Below are positions 42,477 through 53,330 of a stretch of DNA of 64,000 nt, in pieces (the stretch's first letter is position 1; each line of letters opens with the position of its first letter). Source of the stretch: an uncultured Acidobacteriota bacterium (lineage in GTDB: Bacteria > Acidobacteriota > Thermoanaerobaculia > UBA5066 > Gp7-AA6); the NCBI GenBank assembly GCA_963823185.1, contig CAWGKP010000016.1:25070-89069 (forward strand), written 5' to 3'. The notes under the pieces are model-generated. The model was given only the letters and a program-made list of their open reading frames with translations, was not told where the DNA came from and ran no database searches. Made by a program: the position numbers and the translations under genes.

Positions 42477-43520
42477 CTACCGCAGCTCGTCCATCATCGC
42501 CGCCAGGGCCTCGCGGGGCGGCCGGACGCGCTCCATCGGCAGCGTCGCGATCGGCTCGTCGGCCAGGCCGAGGAGCGACAGGAAGTCCTTCTTCTCGGGC
42601 TCGACGTAGATCAGGCCGGTCAGGAACTCGTTCTTCTCCGACGCCTCGTGCAGCAGCTCGAATGCCATCTTCTTCTGCGTCGGGTCGTAATCGGCGCGGA
42701 GCTTCTTCAGCCGGATGTGCGAGCCGTCGTGGAGCTTGACGTCCTGCGTCGTTCCCGCGTCGTAGTCCACGTGGATTTCCTCGAAGTACGGCACGAAGCC
42801 GATCTCCTGGATCGCCTCCTCGTGGTCCTTCGCCCACTTGTACGACTTCGTCGAGCTCTCGTGGTTGTTGAAGGTCACGCAGGGGGAGATCACGTCGAGG
42901 AGCGCGGTGCCCCGATGCGCGATCGCGCCCTTGATCAGCGCCACGAGCTGCTTCATGTCGCCCGAGAAGGAGCGCGCCACGTAGCCGCAGCCGAGCTCGA
43001 TCGCCATCGCGCAGAGGTCGATGGCCGGCAGGTCGTTGACGACTCCCGTCTTGAGCTGCGAGCCGAGGTCCGCGGTGGCCGAGAACTGGCCCTTCGTCAG
43101 CCCGTAGACGCCGTTGTTCTCGACGATGTAGACCATCGGCACGTTGCGGCGGAGGAGGTGGACGAACTGGCCGGCGCCGATCGAGGCCGTGTCGCCGTCG
43201 CCCGAGACGCCGAGGTACAGGAGCTGCGGGTTCGCCAGCGCCGCGCCCGTCGCGACGGCCGGCATGCGGCCGTGCACGGCGTTGAAGCCGTGCCCGCGGT
43301 CGGCGAAGTAGGCCGTCGTCTTGGACGAGCAGCCGATTCCCGACATCTTTCCGACCTTGTACGGCGCGACACCCATCTCGTAGAGGGCTTGCGTGATCTG
43401 GCGCGTGATGACGTCGTGGCCGCAGCCGACGCAGAGCGTCGACTTCAGCCCGCCGTAGTCCTTGACGCCGAGGCCGATGCGGTTGGCGGGGGCGGTCTTC
43501 GGAGGCGCTTCGGCGGCCAT
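42477..43520 (-). CDS. korB: 2-oxoglutarate:ferredoxin oxidoreductase beta subunit (TPP-binding)
   Basis: CVGCGHD...GIGCS...GDGD TPP/Fe-S-proximal motifs. The listed 723-aa ORF carries an artefactual N-terminal extension. Confidence 0.85.
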   Translation of the reverse strand: MAAEAPPKTAPANRIGLGVKDYGGLKSTLCVGCGHDVITRQITQALYEMGVAPYKVGKMSGIGCSSKTTAYFADRGHGFNAVHGRMPAVATGAALANPQLLYLGVSGDGDTASIGAGQFVHLLRRNVPMVYIVENNGVYGLTKGQFSATADLGSQLKTGVVNDLPAIDLCAMAIELGCGYVARSFSGDMKQLVALIKGAIAHRGTALLDVISPCVTFNNHESSTKSYKWAKDHEEAIQEIGFVPYFEEIHVDYDAGTTQDVKLHDGSHIRLKKLRADYDPTQKKMAFELLHEASEKNEFLTGLIYVEPEKKDFLSLLGLADEPIATLPMERVRPPREALAAMMDELR

Positions 43521-45370
43521 CAGTTCTTCTCCCCGGCTTCGATGCCTTCGACGACCGTTTCGGCGTCGAGCGGGAAGCCGTCGTAGTGGCGGATCGAGCG
43601 GAGCCTCGCGACGTGCGCGTCGGGCACCTCGAGCCGGAGGATGTCGTGCATCTGGCCGTCGCGATTCTGGTCCACGACGTAGACGCGGTCGTGCGCGGCG
43701 ATGAACGCGAGGGTCTCGGGAGTCAGCGGGAGCGCGCGCAGGCGGAGCGAGTCCGTGCGCAGACCCTTGCGGGCGAGCAGGTGCCGCGCCTCCTGCACCG
43801 CGAAGTCGGAGGAGCCGTACGCGAGGACGCCGACGCGGGCGCCCGACCCGTCGACGACCGGACGCGGGACGTGGCGCCGCGCCGTCTCGAACTTGCGGGC
43901 GAGGCGGTCCATGTTGGCTTTGTAGTCCTCGGGCCGCTCGGAGTAGGTCGCGCGCTCGGTGTGCCCGGAGCCGCGCGTGAAGAACGCCGCGGCCATGTTG
44001 TCGATCTGGCCGGGGAGCGTGCGGTACGGGATGCCGTCGCCGTCCACGTCGCGGTAGCGGGCGAACTCCTTGAACTTCGAGATGTGCGCCTTGAGCTCTT
44101 CCTCGGTCCGGATGACCTTGCCCCGGTCGATCGGCTTCTCGGGATACGGGAACGGGTCGGCCATCCAGTTGTTCATGCCGAGGTCGAGGTCCGTCATGAC
44201 GAACACGGGCGTCTGGAATCGCTCCGCCAGGTCGAACGCCTCCGTCGTGAGCTCGTAGCACTCCTGCACCGAGCCCGGGATGAGCAGGATGTGCTTCGTG
44301 TCGCCGTGGGAGAGGAAATACGTCGAGAGGATGTCGCCCTGCATCGTCCGCGTCGGCAGGCCGGTCGAGGGGCCCACCCGCTGGACGTCCACGATGACGC
44401 CGGGGACCTCGGCGTAGTAGCCGAGCCCGACGAACTCCGACATGAGCGAGATGCCGGGGCCCGAAGTCGTCGTCATGGCGCGCGCGCCCGCCCAGCCCGC
44501 GCCGAGCACCATGCCGATGGCGGCGAGCTCGTCCTCCGCCTGCACGATGGCGCAGGTGGGGTTTCCGGTGACCGGGTCGCGCCGGTGTTTCTTCGCGTAT
44601 TCGATGATCGATTCCGCGAGCGACGAAGACGGCGTGATCGGGTACCACGCGACGACGCCGACGCCCGCCATCACGGCGCCGATCGCCGAGGCGGCGTTGC
44701 CGTCGATGATGATCTTGCCGGCCGTTGCGTTCATGCGCTCGAGACGGAACGGGTCGGACTTCGTCAGGTTGGCGGCCGCCCAGTCGTAGCCGCCCTGGAT
44801 CGCGCGGTTGTTGATCTCGACGGCCTTCTCCTTGCCCTTGAACTGCTTGACGACGGCCCGGCGGATCTCCTCCATGTCGATGTCGAGAAGCCAGGCCGCG
44901 ACGCCGACGTAGATCATGTTGACCGCGAGGCGGCGGAGCTTGCCGTCGTGCACGAGCTCGAGGACGAGCTTCTGGAACGGAACGGGGTAGAAGGTGACGT
45001 CGTCGCGCAGCGTCTTGAGGTTCAGGCTCTCCTCGTAGACGACCGCGGCGCCCGGGTGCACGGTCCGGACGTCCTCGTGGGCCGTCTCCGGGTTCATGCA
45101 GATGAGAACGCCGACGTCCCGCCGGCGCGCGATGAAACCCTCGCGCGAAGCGCGGATCGTGAACCAGGTCGGCAAGCCCTGGATGTTCGAAGGAAAGAGG
45201 TTCTTGCCCGAGACCGGGATCCCCATCTGGAAGATCGACCGCATGAGGATGTTGTTCGAGGACATGCTCCCCGATCCGTTGGCGGTGGCGACGTGGATCG
45301 AAAAATCATTGACGACGGACCGCGGTCCCGAGGGGGCCGCGGTCTTGTCTTCGAGGACGGCGGTGGACAT
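43520..45370 (-). CDS. korA: 2-oxoglutarate:ferredoxin oxidoreductase alpha subunit
   Basis: Pyruvate/2-oxoacid:ferredoxin oxidoreductase alpha-like domains (GNAASAIGAVMAG...YPITPSS). The stop overlaps the korB start. Confidence 0.85.
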   Translation of the reverse strand: MSTAVLEDKTAAPSGPRSVVNDFSIHVATANGSGSMSSNNILMRSIFQMGIPVSGKNLFPSNIQGLPTWFTIRASREGFIARRRDVGVLICMNPETAHEDVRTVHPGAAVVYEESLNLKTLRDDVTFYPVPFQKLVLELVHDGKLRRLAVNMIYVGVAAWLLDIDMEEIRRAVVKQFKGKEKAVEINNRAIQGGYDWAAANLTKSDPFRLERMNATAGKIIIDGNAASAIGAVMAGVGVVAWYPITPSSSLAESIIEYAKKHRRDPVTGNPTCAIVQAEDELAAIGMVLGAGWAGARAMTTTSGPGISLMSEFVGLGYYAEVPGVIVDVQRVGPSTGLPTRTMQGDILSTYFLSHGDTKHILLIPGSVQECYELTTEAFDLAERFQTPVFVMTDLDLGMNNWMADPFPYPEKPIDRGKVIRTEEELKAHISKFKEFARYRDVDGDGIPYRTLPGQIDNMAAAFFTRGSGHTERATYSERPEDYKANMDRLARKFETARRHVPRPVVDGSGARVGVLAYGSSDFAVQEARHLLARKGLRTDSLRLRALPLTPETLAFIAAHDRVYVVDQNRDGQMHDILRLEVPDAHVARLRSIRHYDGFPLDAETVVEGIEAGEKN

Positions 45371-45466
45371 GAATCTCCTTATGCCGACTTCGGCGACCCG
45401 GGGCCGAAAATAATACCAAAGCGCTCCTCCGGGCCGGGCGGCGGCGCATAGAATCCGCCGCCGGAG

Positions 45467-47546
45467 GTGACGATGCGCCGCCTGACCTTTCTGGCCGCCG
45501 GAGCCCTTCTCCTCTGGGCGCTCCCGGCGCGCGCCCAGAGGCCCTTCCGATTCGACGACCTGCAAAAGCTCGAGCGCCTGACCTCGTATTCCGTGTCGCC
45601 CGACGGCCGGTCGATCGCCTACGCGGTCACGACCTCGCGGCCGGAGGAGAACCGCAGCCTCTCGGCGGTCTGGCTGCAGCCCGCGGCCGGCGGACCGCCG
45701 CGCCGCCTCACGACCGGCGACTTCAAGGACACCGATCCGGCCTTCTCGCCGGACGGGCGCACCCTGGCTTTCCTCTCGAACCGCGGGGGCAGCCAGCAGA
45801 TCTGGACGCTCGACCTGGCGGGCGGAGAGCCCCGGGCGGCGGCGGCGTTCGTCAACGACGTCTCCGCGTTCCACTGGTCGCCGGACGGCAAGTGGTTCGT
45901 CTTCTCCTCCGACGTCTTTCCCGACTGCGCGGATCCGGCCTGCACGCAGAAGCGCCTGAAGGAGCGCGCCGCGACGAAGATCAAGGCGCGCATTGCGGAG
46001 CGCCTCCTCTTCCGCCACTGGGACAGCTGGAAAGACGGAATGCGCCAGCACATCTGGAAGGTCGCGGTCGGCGGCGGCGATTTCACCGACCTCACGCCCG
46101 GCGACCGCGACGCGCCGGGGTACGGGCAGGACAAGGACTTTTCGGTCTCGCCGGACGGGAAGGAGCTGCTCTTCACCGCGAATCCCGACAAAGTGGAGGC
46201 CGTCTCGACCAACTCCGACGTCTGGGTCGCGAGCGTCGACGGATCCGGCGCGGCGCGCAACCTGACCGCCGCCAACCCGGCGTACGACGGCAACCCGCGC
46301 TTCTCGCCGGACGGGCGGATGATTCTGTACCGTGCGCAGAAGCGGCCGGCGCACGAGTCGGACCGCTTCGAGCTGATGGTCCTCGACCGGGGCACGGGGC
46401 GCTCGCGCTCGCTGACGGCCGACTTCGACAACTGGGTGGACGAGGCCGAGTGGACGCCGGATTCGAAGGCGATCGTCTTCTCCGCGCTCGTCGAGGGGCG
46501 GGAGAGTCTCTACCGCGTGTCCGCGGCCGGAGGACCGATCGAGCTCCTCTGGAAGGGCGGCGCCGCGGCGACCCCCGAACTCTCGCCCGACGGCCGCCGC
46601 GTCTACTTCTCGGCGACCTCGATGACCGATCCCGCGGACGTCTGGGCCGTCGGCGCGGACGGGAAGGGCGCCGCGCGCGTCACGCACTTGAACACGGCGC
46701 TGCTCGCCGAAGCGGCCCGCGGCCCGGTCTCCGAACGCTTCGTGAAGTCGGCCGACGGCCGCTCGCTGCAGGCCTGGCTCTTCCAGCCGCCGGGCTTCGA
46801 TCCGTCGAAGACCTATCCCGCGATCTTCTTCGTGCACGGCGGCCCGCAGGTGCCGGTCACCGACGCCTGGTCGTACCGCTGGAATCTCGCGCTCTTCGCG
46901 AGCTACGGTTACGTCGTCTACGCGCCGAACCCGCGCGGCTCGCCGGGCTGGGGGCAGAAGTTCGTCGACGAGATCAGCGGCGACTGGGGCGGCAAGGTCT
47001 ACGACGATCTCATGCGGCAGGCCGACGACCTCGAGGCGCTGCCGTACGTGGACAAGAAGAAGATCGGCGCCGCCGGCGCGTCCTACGGCGGCTACATGAT
47101 CGCGTGGCTCGCGGGCCACACGACCCGCTTCGCGACGCTCGTCTGCCACGACGGGACCGTGGATCTCGCGCCGGCGAATCTCGCGACGGAGGAGCTCTGG
47201 TTCCCGAAGGTCGAGTTCGGCGGATGGCCCTGGGAAGTCGGGCGCCGATTACACCACGTGGAACCCGATCCGCTTCGCCGACAAGTTCCAAACGCCGACG
47301 CTCATCATCCACAACGAGAAGGACTATCGGGTCCCGTTCGATCAGGGTCTGGAGTTCTTCACGGCGCTCCAGCTGAAGGGCGTGCCGTCGAAGTTCGTGA
47401 CGTTCCCGGACGAGGGGCACTGGGTCCTGAAACCCGGCAACGCCCTCTTCTGGCACAACGTCATGATCGACTGGCTGCACCAGTACCTGGGCGGCGCGGA
47501 GGCGGACCCGAAGGAATTGGCGAAGGCCTACAGCGTGACCAGGTAG
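45467..47546 (+). CDS. S9 family serine peptidase (prolyl oligopeptidase/acylaminoacyl-peptidase-like) with N-terminal beta-propeller; 1-nt frameshift near 47238
   Basis: Signal peptide, WD-like propeller repeats (SPDG...), catalytic GASYGGYM (Ser). After GWPWEVG the frame must shift (gtcgggcgccgattac carries one extra G) to read ADYTTWNPIRF...DEGHWV (His). Confidence 0.75.
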
Positions 47547-47690
47547 GGGCGGGGCTCGCCCCCGCCCGTCACGCGCGGGCGGCCACAAGGGCCGCCCCTA
47601 CAGGCGGGATCGACGGGGTCGCGCCCGTCACGCCGGGCGGCCACAGGGCCGCCCCTAAGGCGGATCGTAGGGGCGGGGCTCGTCCCCGCC
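47547..47690. repeat. GC-rich composite palindromic/direct repeat cluster between convergent genes
   Basis: aggggcggggctcg(c/t)ccccgcc hairpins at both ends flank two copies of cccgtcacgc(g)cgggcggccaca(a)gggccgcccct. Confidence 0.4.
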
Positions 47691-49175
47691 TCAATTCGCC
47701 GGGACACACCTTCCCGCCGCCCAGGCGCGCAGCGCCGCGATCGTCTCGCCACGCACGACGGAAAGCGGGCGCGTCGAGCGGAGCGCCACGAGGATGGCCG
47801 CCGTGTCGAGCGGGACGCCGGTCGCGCGCGACTCGTAGAGCGCCGAGACGATCGCCTGCTCGATCTCGGCGCCGGAGAATCCCTCCGAGGCCCCGGCCAG
47901 CCGGTCGAGGGCGAAGCGCGCCGGCGTCTCCCCGCGGCGCTCGAGGTGCAGCCGGAAGATTTCGGCGCGCGCGGCGGCGTCGGGCAGGTCCACGAAGAAG
48001 ATCTCGTCCACGCGGCCCTTGCGGACCATCTCGGGCGGGAGCTCCTGGACCGAGTTTGCCGTGAGGACCAGGAAGACCCGTGCGGCGCGCTCCTGCATCC
48101 AGGTCAGCAGCGCCCCGAGGAGGCGCTTCGAGACGCCGCCGTCGGTCTCCGTCGTGCGGACCGAGACGAAGACCTTCTCGATCTCGTCGATCCAGAGAAC
48201 GCAGGGCGCCATCCGCTCGACGCGCCTCAGCGCGTCGCGGAGGTTGCGTTCCGACTCGCCGATGTACGGCGCGAGCAGCCGCCCGGCATCGAGCGAGAGA
48301 AGCGGCAGGTCCCAGGAGGCGGCCACCGCCTTCGCCGCGAGGCTCTTGCCGCAGCCCTGGACGCCCAGCAGCAGGATGCCGCGCGGCGCGTCGAGCGGCT
48401 TCTCGCCGGGGCGGGGCAGGAAGCCGACCTTGCGCGTGACGATCCACTTCTTGAGCCGCTCGAGGCCGCCGACGCGGTCGAGGCCTTCCGGCGCCGGTAC
48501 GAACTCGAGGAGGCCGCCGCCCTCGACGAGGGCCTTCTTGCTCTCGCGGATGCGCGGGCGGTCGGCGGCCGTCAGCGCCCGGTCCTCCACGACGGCTCGC
48601 GCGAGCGCGCGCTCCGCCTCGAAGAGCGTGAGGCCCTGGAGGTCCGAGACGAAGCCATCGACGTCCTCGCGGGAGAGTGCGATGCGGACTCCGGGATCGT
48701 CGCGCGTCAGCCGCCGCACGGTCTGCATCACGAGGTCCCGCAGCTCGTCGGGGCCCGGAAGGTTGAACTCGAAGCGGACGGCGAGGTCCTCGAGCTCCGC
48801 GGGAGTGCCGATCGTCGGGCCGACGAGCACGATCGTGCGCTCGGAGCCCTCGAACTCCTGCGCCGTCTCGCGCAGCATCCGGAGCGTCGCGGGATTGTCG
48901 AGGAACGCGCGCGGATCCTTGAGGAGCCAGACGCCGCTCGCGCCGCTCGCCCGGATGATCCGGAGCGCCGCGGCGAGGTCCGCCGTCTTCTCCTGGTCGG
49001 ACGGGTGGCAGGGGGAGAGGCCTGACGCCGCGCTCCAGGTCGCGACGGGCAGGTCGAGGTCCCCCGCCACGGCGCGTACGAGCGACTCGAAGCGCTTTTC
49101 CTCGACGGTCTCGCACACGACGAGCGGATGGCGCGAGCGGAAGAGCAGGCCGAGGTCTCGGGCGGCGACGTCCAA
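47691..49175 (-). CDS. AAA+ family ATPase
   Basis: Walker A GVQGCGKSLAAKAVA and Walker B CVLWIDEIE, plus an arginine-finger region. Confidence 0.75.
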   Translation of the reverse strand: MDVAARDLGLLFRSRHPLVVCETVEEKRFESLVRAVAGDLDLPVATWSAASGLSPCHPSDQEKTADLAAALRIIRASGASGVWLLKDPRAFLDNPATLRMLRETAQEFEGSERTIVLVGPTIGTPAELEDLAVRFEFNLPGPDELRDLVMQTVRRLTRDDPGVRIALSREDVDGFVSDLQGLTLFEAERALARAVVEDRALTAADRPRIRESKKALVEGGGLLEFVPAPEGLDRVGGLERLKKWIVTRKVGFLPRPGEKPLDAPRGILLLGVQGCGKSLAAKAVAASWDLPLLSLDAGRLLAPYIGESERNLRDALRRVERMAPCVLWIDEIEKVFVSVRTTETDGGVSKRLLGALLTWMQERAARVFLVLTANSVQELPPEMVRKGRVDEIFFVDLPDAAARAEIFRLHLERRGETPARFALDRLAGASEGFSGAEIEQAIVSALYESRATGVPLDTAAILVALRSTRPLSVVRGETIAALRAWAAGRCVPAN

Positions 49176-49216
49176 GTGCGGCAGAGTGTAGCGGATTGCG
49201 GGACTAGACTCTGCGC

Positions 49217-49990
49217 GTGCCGCCGCGGCGCGTCGTCTCGCTCTGTCCGTCCATCACGGAGACGCTCGTCGAGATCGGCGCGCGGGATCGCCTCGTCGCG
49301 GCCACGCGATACTGCACGCGCCCGAAGGGCGTGCTCCGCGGCCTGGCGCGCATCGGAGGGACGAAGGACCCGGACGTCGCGGGGATCCTGGAGCTCGCGC
49401 CGGACCTCGTCTTCGTCAACGAGGAGGAGAATCGCCGGCAGGACGTCGAGGCGCTCCGGTCGGCCGGCGTCGCGGTGGACGTGAGCTTCCCGCGCCGCGT
49501 CGCCGACGTGCCGGCGGACGTGCGCCGGTGGGGCGAGCTCGTGGGCGGCGAACCGGCCGGAGAAGCCGAGCGCCTGGCCGCGCGCATCGAGTCGGGCCTG
49601 GCGCCGCTGCGCGACGCGCCGGCGCGCGCTTTCCGGTACGTCTACTGGATCTGGCGCGATCCCTGGATGACGGTGTCCGACGATACGTACGTCGCCGATC
49701 TCCTGAGCCTCGCGGGCGGAACGAACGTCTACGGATCCGAGAGCGCGCGATACCCGGTGACGACGCCGGAGGAGGCGCGGCGCCGGCGTCCCGACGCGCA
49801 CCTCTTTCCCGACGAGCCGTACGCGTTTCGCGAGGCCCGGCACGCGTCGGAGCTGTCGGAGCTCTTCGGGCGGGCCGCGCGTCTCCTCTTCGTCGCCGGA
49901 GACGACTGCTGCTGGCACGGCTTCCGGACCCTGGCGGGCCTCGAGGCGATGCAGGCTCTTCGAGAGCGACTAGCCCCGCCGGTTCAGTAG
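49217..49990 (+). CDS. BtuF/TroA-like periplasmic substrate-binding protein (cobalamin/iron-complex ABC transporter SBP family)
   Basis: RVVSLCPSITETLVEIGA...LAPDLVF pattern typical of class III SBPs. Confidence 0.6.
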   Translation: MPPRRVVSLCPSITETLVEIGARDRLVAATRYCTRPKGVLRGLARIGGTKDPDVAGILELAPDLVFVNEEENRRQDVEALRSAGVAVDVSFPRRVADVPADVRRWGELVGGEPAGEAERLAARIESGLAPLRDAPARAFRYVYWIWRDPWMTVSDDTYVADLLSLAGGTNVYGSESARYPVTTPEEARRRRPDAHLFPDEPYAFREARHASELSELFGRAARLLFVAGDDCCWHGFRTLAGLEAMQALRERLAPPVQ

Positions 49991-50572
49991 GTCGAGGAAC
50001 TCCTCGCGGACGGGCCGGTTGTAGAAGATCCCGCGGATCGCCGAAGTCACGGTCAGCGCGCCCGGCTTCTTGACGCCGCGCATCTCCACGCAGAGGTGGC
50101 GCGCCTCGATGACGACCATCACGCCCTGCGGCGCGAGCTGGTCCTCGAGGAAGCCGGCGATCTGCTCGGTCAGCCGTTCCTGCAGCTGCGGCCGCCGCGC
50201 GTAGAACTCGACGATGCGGGGCATCTTCGACAGCCCGACGATCTTGTCGTTGGGGATGTAAGCGAGGTGCGCGTGCCCGTAGAAGGGCACGAAGTGATGC
50301 GAGCAGAGCGAGTAGAAGGGGATGTCTTTCTCGATCACCATCGCGGCGTACCGTTCATCGTTGGGGAAGACGGTGATCTTCGGCTCGGCGCCCTCGGCCA
50401 GCCCGCGGAACATCTCGAGGTACATCTTCGCGACGCGGTCGGGCGTCTCGACGAGGTTCGGGTCGGAGAGGTCGAGGCCGAGGAGCGCGATGATCTCGCG
50501 CACGCGCGCGGCGATCTCCGCGACCTTCTCCCCGTCGCCGACCGAGGGCACGACGATCCCGGTCTCGCTCAT
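49970..50572 (-). CDS. folE: GTP cyclohydrolase I
   Basis: CSHHFVPF...HLAYIPN...VVIEARHLCVEMRG. Confidence 0.9.
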   Translation of the reverse strand: MSETGIVVPSVGDGEKVAEIAARVREIIALLGLDLSDPNLVETPDRVAKMYLEMFRGLAEGAEPKITVFPNDERYAAMVIEKDIPFYSLCSHHFVPFYGHAHLAYIPNDKIVGLSKMPRIVEFYARRPQLQERLTEQIAGFLEDQLAPQGVMVVIEARHLCVEMRGVKKPGALTVTSAIRGIFYNRPVREEFLDLLNRRG

Positions 50573-50585
50573 GGCGATGCGGGGC

Positions 50586-51044
50586 TCAGGCCGCCCGCGT
50601 CTTCTCGATCAGCTTCGCGATGTCGCGCGCGACCGGGATGTCCGAGGCGATGACCTCCTTGACCTTGCCGTCCTTGCCGATCACGAAGGCGGTGCGCGCC
50701 GAGATGCCTTTGTCCTCGAGGTAGACGCCGTACTTCTTCGCGACGTCGCCCTTCGGGTGGAAGTCGGCGAGCAGCGGGTACTCGATGCCGTTCTGCGCGG
50801 CGAACGCCTTGTGCGCCCAGAGCGAGTCGACCGAGATGCCGAGCACCTGGACGTCCGAGGAGCCCTTCGACGGGAGCATCTCGGCGCACTGCTTGTTCTC
50901 GACGGAGCACACGGGCGAGAAGTCGAGCGGATAGAACATCAGGAGGACGTTTTTCTTTCCACGGTAGCTCGACAGCGTGACTTTGTCTCCGACCGTCGAG
51001 GGGAGGGTGAAGTCGGGGGCGGTATCGCCGGCTTTGACGGCCAT
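50586..51044 (-). CDS. Peroxiredoxin (AhpC/TSA family)
   Basis: FYPLDFSPVCSVE peroxidatic Cys motif. Confidence 0.8.
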   Translation of the reverse strand: MAVKAGDTAPDFTLPSTVGDKVTLSSYRGKKNVLLMFYPLDFSPVCSVENKQCAEMLPSKGSSDVQVLGISVDSLWAHKAFAAQNGIEYPLLADFHPKGDVAKKYGVYLEDKGISARTAFVIGKDGKVKEVIASDIPVARDIAKLIEKTRAA

Positions 51045-51114
51045 TCGGAATCTCCTTGATTCGGTCCGCGGCACGCGCGCCGCGGGCCCGCGATCATATC
51101 CGAGGGGTCGCGAG

Positions 51115-51190
51115 GAGACTACGGACTAAGGACTAAGGACTAAGGACGTCTGGTGAGCTGCTGAAGGAGTCCCTAGTCCCTCGCCCGTAG
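51115..51190. repeat. Palindromic repeat built from GGACTAAGGAC units (same family as 3216-3302)
   Basis: gactacggactaaggactaaggactaaggac ... gagtccctagtccctcgcccgtagtc. Confidence 0.45.
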
Positions 51191-51209
51191 TCTCTCGTCA
51201 GCAGGGTGA

Positions 51210-52317
51210 CTACGAGATCGTCTTCTTGAACGCCCGCGTGCTGGCCAGGATCAGCACGGCGTCGATCGCGAGGAGCGCGGCGACGCTCTGCCAGATGTCC
51301 GCGAAGCCCGCCCCGCGGATGATGATCGCCCGCGAGATCTTGATGAAGTGGGTTGCCGGGAGGATCTGCGCGATGACGCGCAGCGGGACCGGCAGCGAAA
51401 AGAGCGGGAAGACGTATCCGGAGAGGAAGACCGACGGCAGGAGGAAGCCCTGCGCCCGCTGGATGGCGTCCATCTGGGTCTTCGCGCGGGACGAGATCAC
51501 GAGGCCGAGGGCGAGGAGCGAGAAGAGGTAGACGGTCGAGAGCAGCAGGAAGAGCGGCAGGCTGCCGTGGATCGGGACCTTGAAGAAGACCACCATGACG
51601 ACGAGGATCGTCGCGAGCTGGACGAACCCGAGTCCCATGTAGGGCAGGAGCTTCCCGAGCACGACGCCGACCGGCGAGGCCGGCGTCACCATGAGCTGCT
51701 CGAGCGTTCCGCGCTCGCGCTCCCGGACGATCCCGAAGGCCGCGAGGATCGTGCCCGAGAAGGTCAGCAGGATCGCGATGAGACCGGGAATGAGGAGGTT
51801 CGCGCTGCGCGAGTCCGGGTTGAAGAGGAGGAGCGGGTGCGCCTGGAGCGGCAGGTCGCGAATCCCCGTGCGCCGGGCGATCTCCTCGAGGGAGCGCTGG
51901 AGCGCGACGCCGTTGGCGGCGCCCAAGCGTCTGCGACGAGATCGTCGAGTCGGAGCCGTCGATCAGGACGAGGAAGTCCGCCGGCTGCTCGCGCAGCATC
52001 TTGCGCGCGTAGTCCGGCGGGATCTCGATGCCGACGGACGCCCGGCCCGCGACGATCGCCTCGCGGAGCGCCTCGTGCGAGGGCGCCTCCTCGACGACGT
52101 CGAAATAGACGGTGTTGACGAGATCCGTCACGAGCTCTCGGCTCTCGCGCGTGCGGCTCTGGTCGAAGACCGCGGTGCGCACGTGCTTGACGTTCGTGTC
52201 GATGACGCCGAAGAGCACGAGCTCGAAGATCGGAATGACGAGGGCCATGACGAGCGTCCCGCGATCGCGCGTCATCTGGATCCACTCCTTGCGGAGGACG
52301 GCCCAGAACCCCCTCAT
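51210..52317 (-). CDS. ABC-2 type transporter permease, frame break near 51920
   Basis: N-terminal MRGFWAVLRKEWIQMTRDRGTLVMALVIPI... and C-terminal ...GTLEQLMVTPASPVGVVLGKLLPY... halves are in different frames. Confidence 0.7.
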
Positions 52318-53330
52318 GACGCTTTTCCCGCCGGCGCGGCTTCCGGAAGGGCCGCGTCGCTCTGGATCTTCGTCAGGCGCACGAAAACGTCCTCGAGCGT
52401 GGCGGCGATCGGGCGGACGTGGACCTGGGCGTGCGCCGTCGCCCCGAGGTCGTCCGCGATCTTCGCGTCGCCGACGCCGCCGTCGACGAGGAGATGGAGC
52501 GAGTTGCCGAAGATCGTGACGTCTTGGACGTAGGGCAGCGCGCGGGCGGGGCCGATGAAGGCCGCGGCGCCCTCCGCGCACTCGGCCTCGACGCGGCGCG
52601 AGCCGGCGGGCGTCACGTCGGGAAGCCGCGTCAGGTCGTCCGGCTTGCCCACGACGAGGAGCTTCGAAAGGTAGAGGTAGGCGACCGTGCCGCAGCGCTC
52701 CGCTTCGTCCATGTAGTGCGTGGTCACCATGAGCGTGACGCCTTGCGCCGCGAAATCGAAGAGCAGGTTCCAGAGCTCGCGGCGCGCGACGGGGTCGATT
52801 CCCGCCGTGGGCTCGTCGAGGAACAGGACGCGCGGCTCGTGCATCAGGGCCGCGGCGAGCGCGAGGCGCTGCTTCCAGCCTCCGGAGAGTTGCGCGGCGA
52901 GGCGATGCCGGTACGGCGCCAGGCCCGCCAGGTCGACCGCCCAGCGGCGCCGCTGCCGGGCGCGCTCGTCGCGCAGGCCGTAGACCGACGCGAAGAAGTC
53001 CAGGTTCTCGAGCACCGTCAGGTCCTCGTAGAGGGAGAAGCTCTGGGACACGTAACCGATTCGCCGCCGGACTTCCTCGCCCTCGCGCACGACGTCGAGG
53101 CCATCCACGGAGGCGCTGCCCTCGCTCGGCTCGAGCAGCCCGCAGAGAATCCGGATCAGCGTCGACTTGCCCGAGCCGTTCGGTCCGAGCAGCCCGAAAA
53201 TCTCACCGCGCTTGACCTCGAGCGAGATCTTGTCGAGCGCGCGGACCTTCCCGAAGTCGCGGGAGACGGAACGGACCTCGATGCCGTTGCCGCGGGGAAC
53301 GCCCGACGGGGCGGCCGGCGCGGCGCTCAT
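52314..53330 (-). CDS. ABC transporter ATP-binding protein
   Basis: Walker A GPNGSGKST, signature LSGGWKQRL, Walker B LFLDEP. Confidence 0.85.
   Translation of the reverse strand: MSAAPAAPSGVPRGNGIEVRSVSRDFGKVRALDKISLEVKRGEIFGLLGPNGSGKSTLIRILCGLLEPSEGSASVDGLDVVREGEEVRRRIGYVSQSFSLYEDLTVLENLDFFASVYGLRDERARQRRRWAVDLAGLAPYRHRLAAQLSGGWKQRLALAAALMHEPRVLFLDEPTAGIDPVARRELWNLLFDFAAQGVTLMVTTHYMDEAERCGTVAYLYLSKLLVVGKPDDLTRLPDVTPAGSRRVEAECAEGAAAFIGPARALPYVQDVTIFGNSLHLLVDGGVGDAKIADDLGATAHAQVHVRPIAATLEDVFVRLTKIQSDAALPEAAPAGKAS

Noticed and set aside
43520-47149. 1209-aa minus ORF
   Set aside because: The real korA occupies 43520..45370. The upstream 600 codons are antisense to the S9 peptidase and low-complexity.
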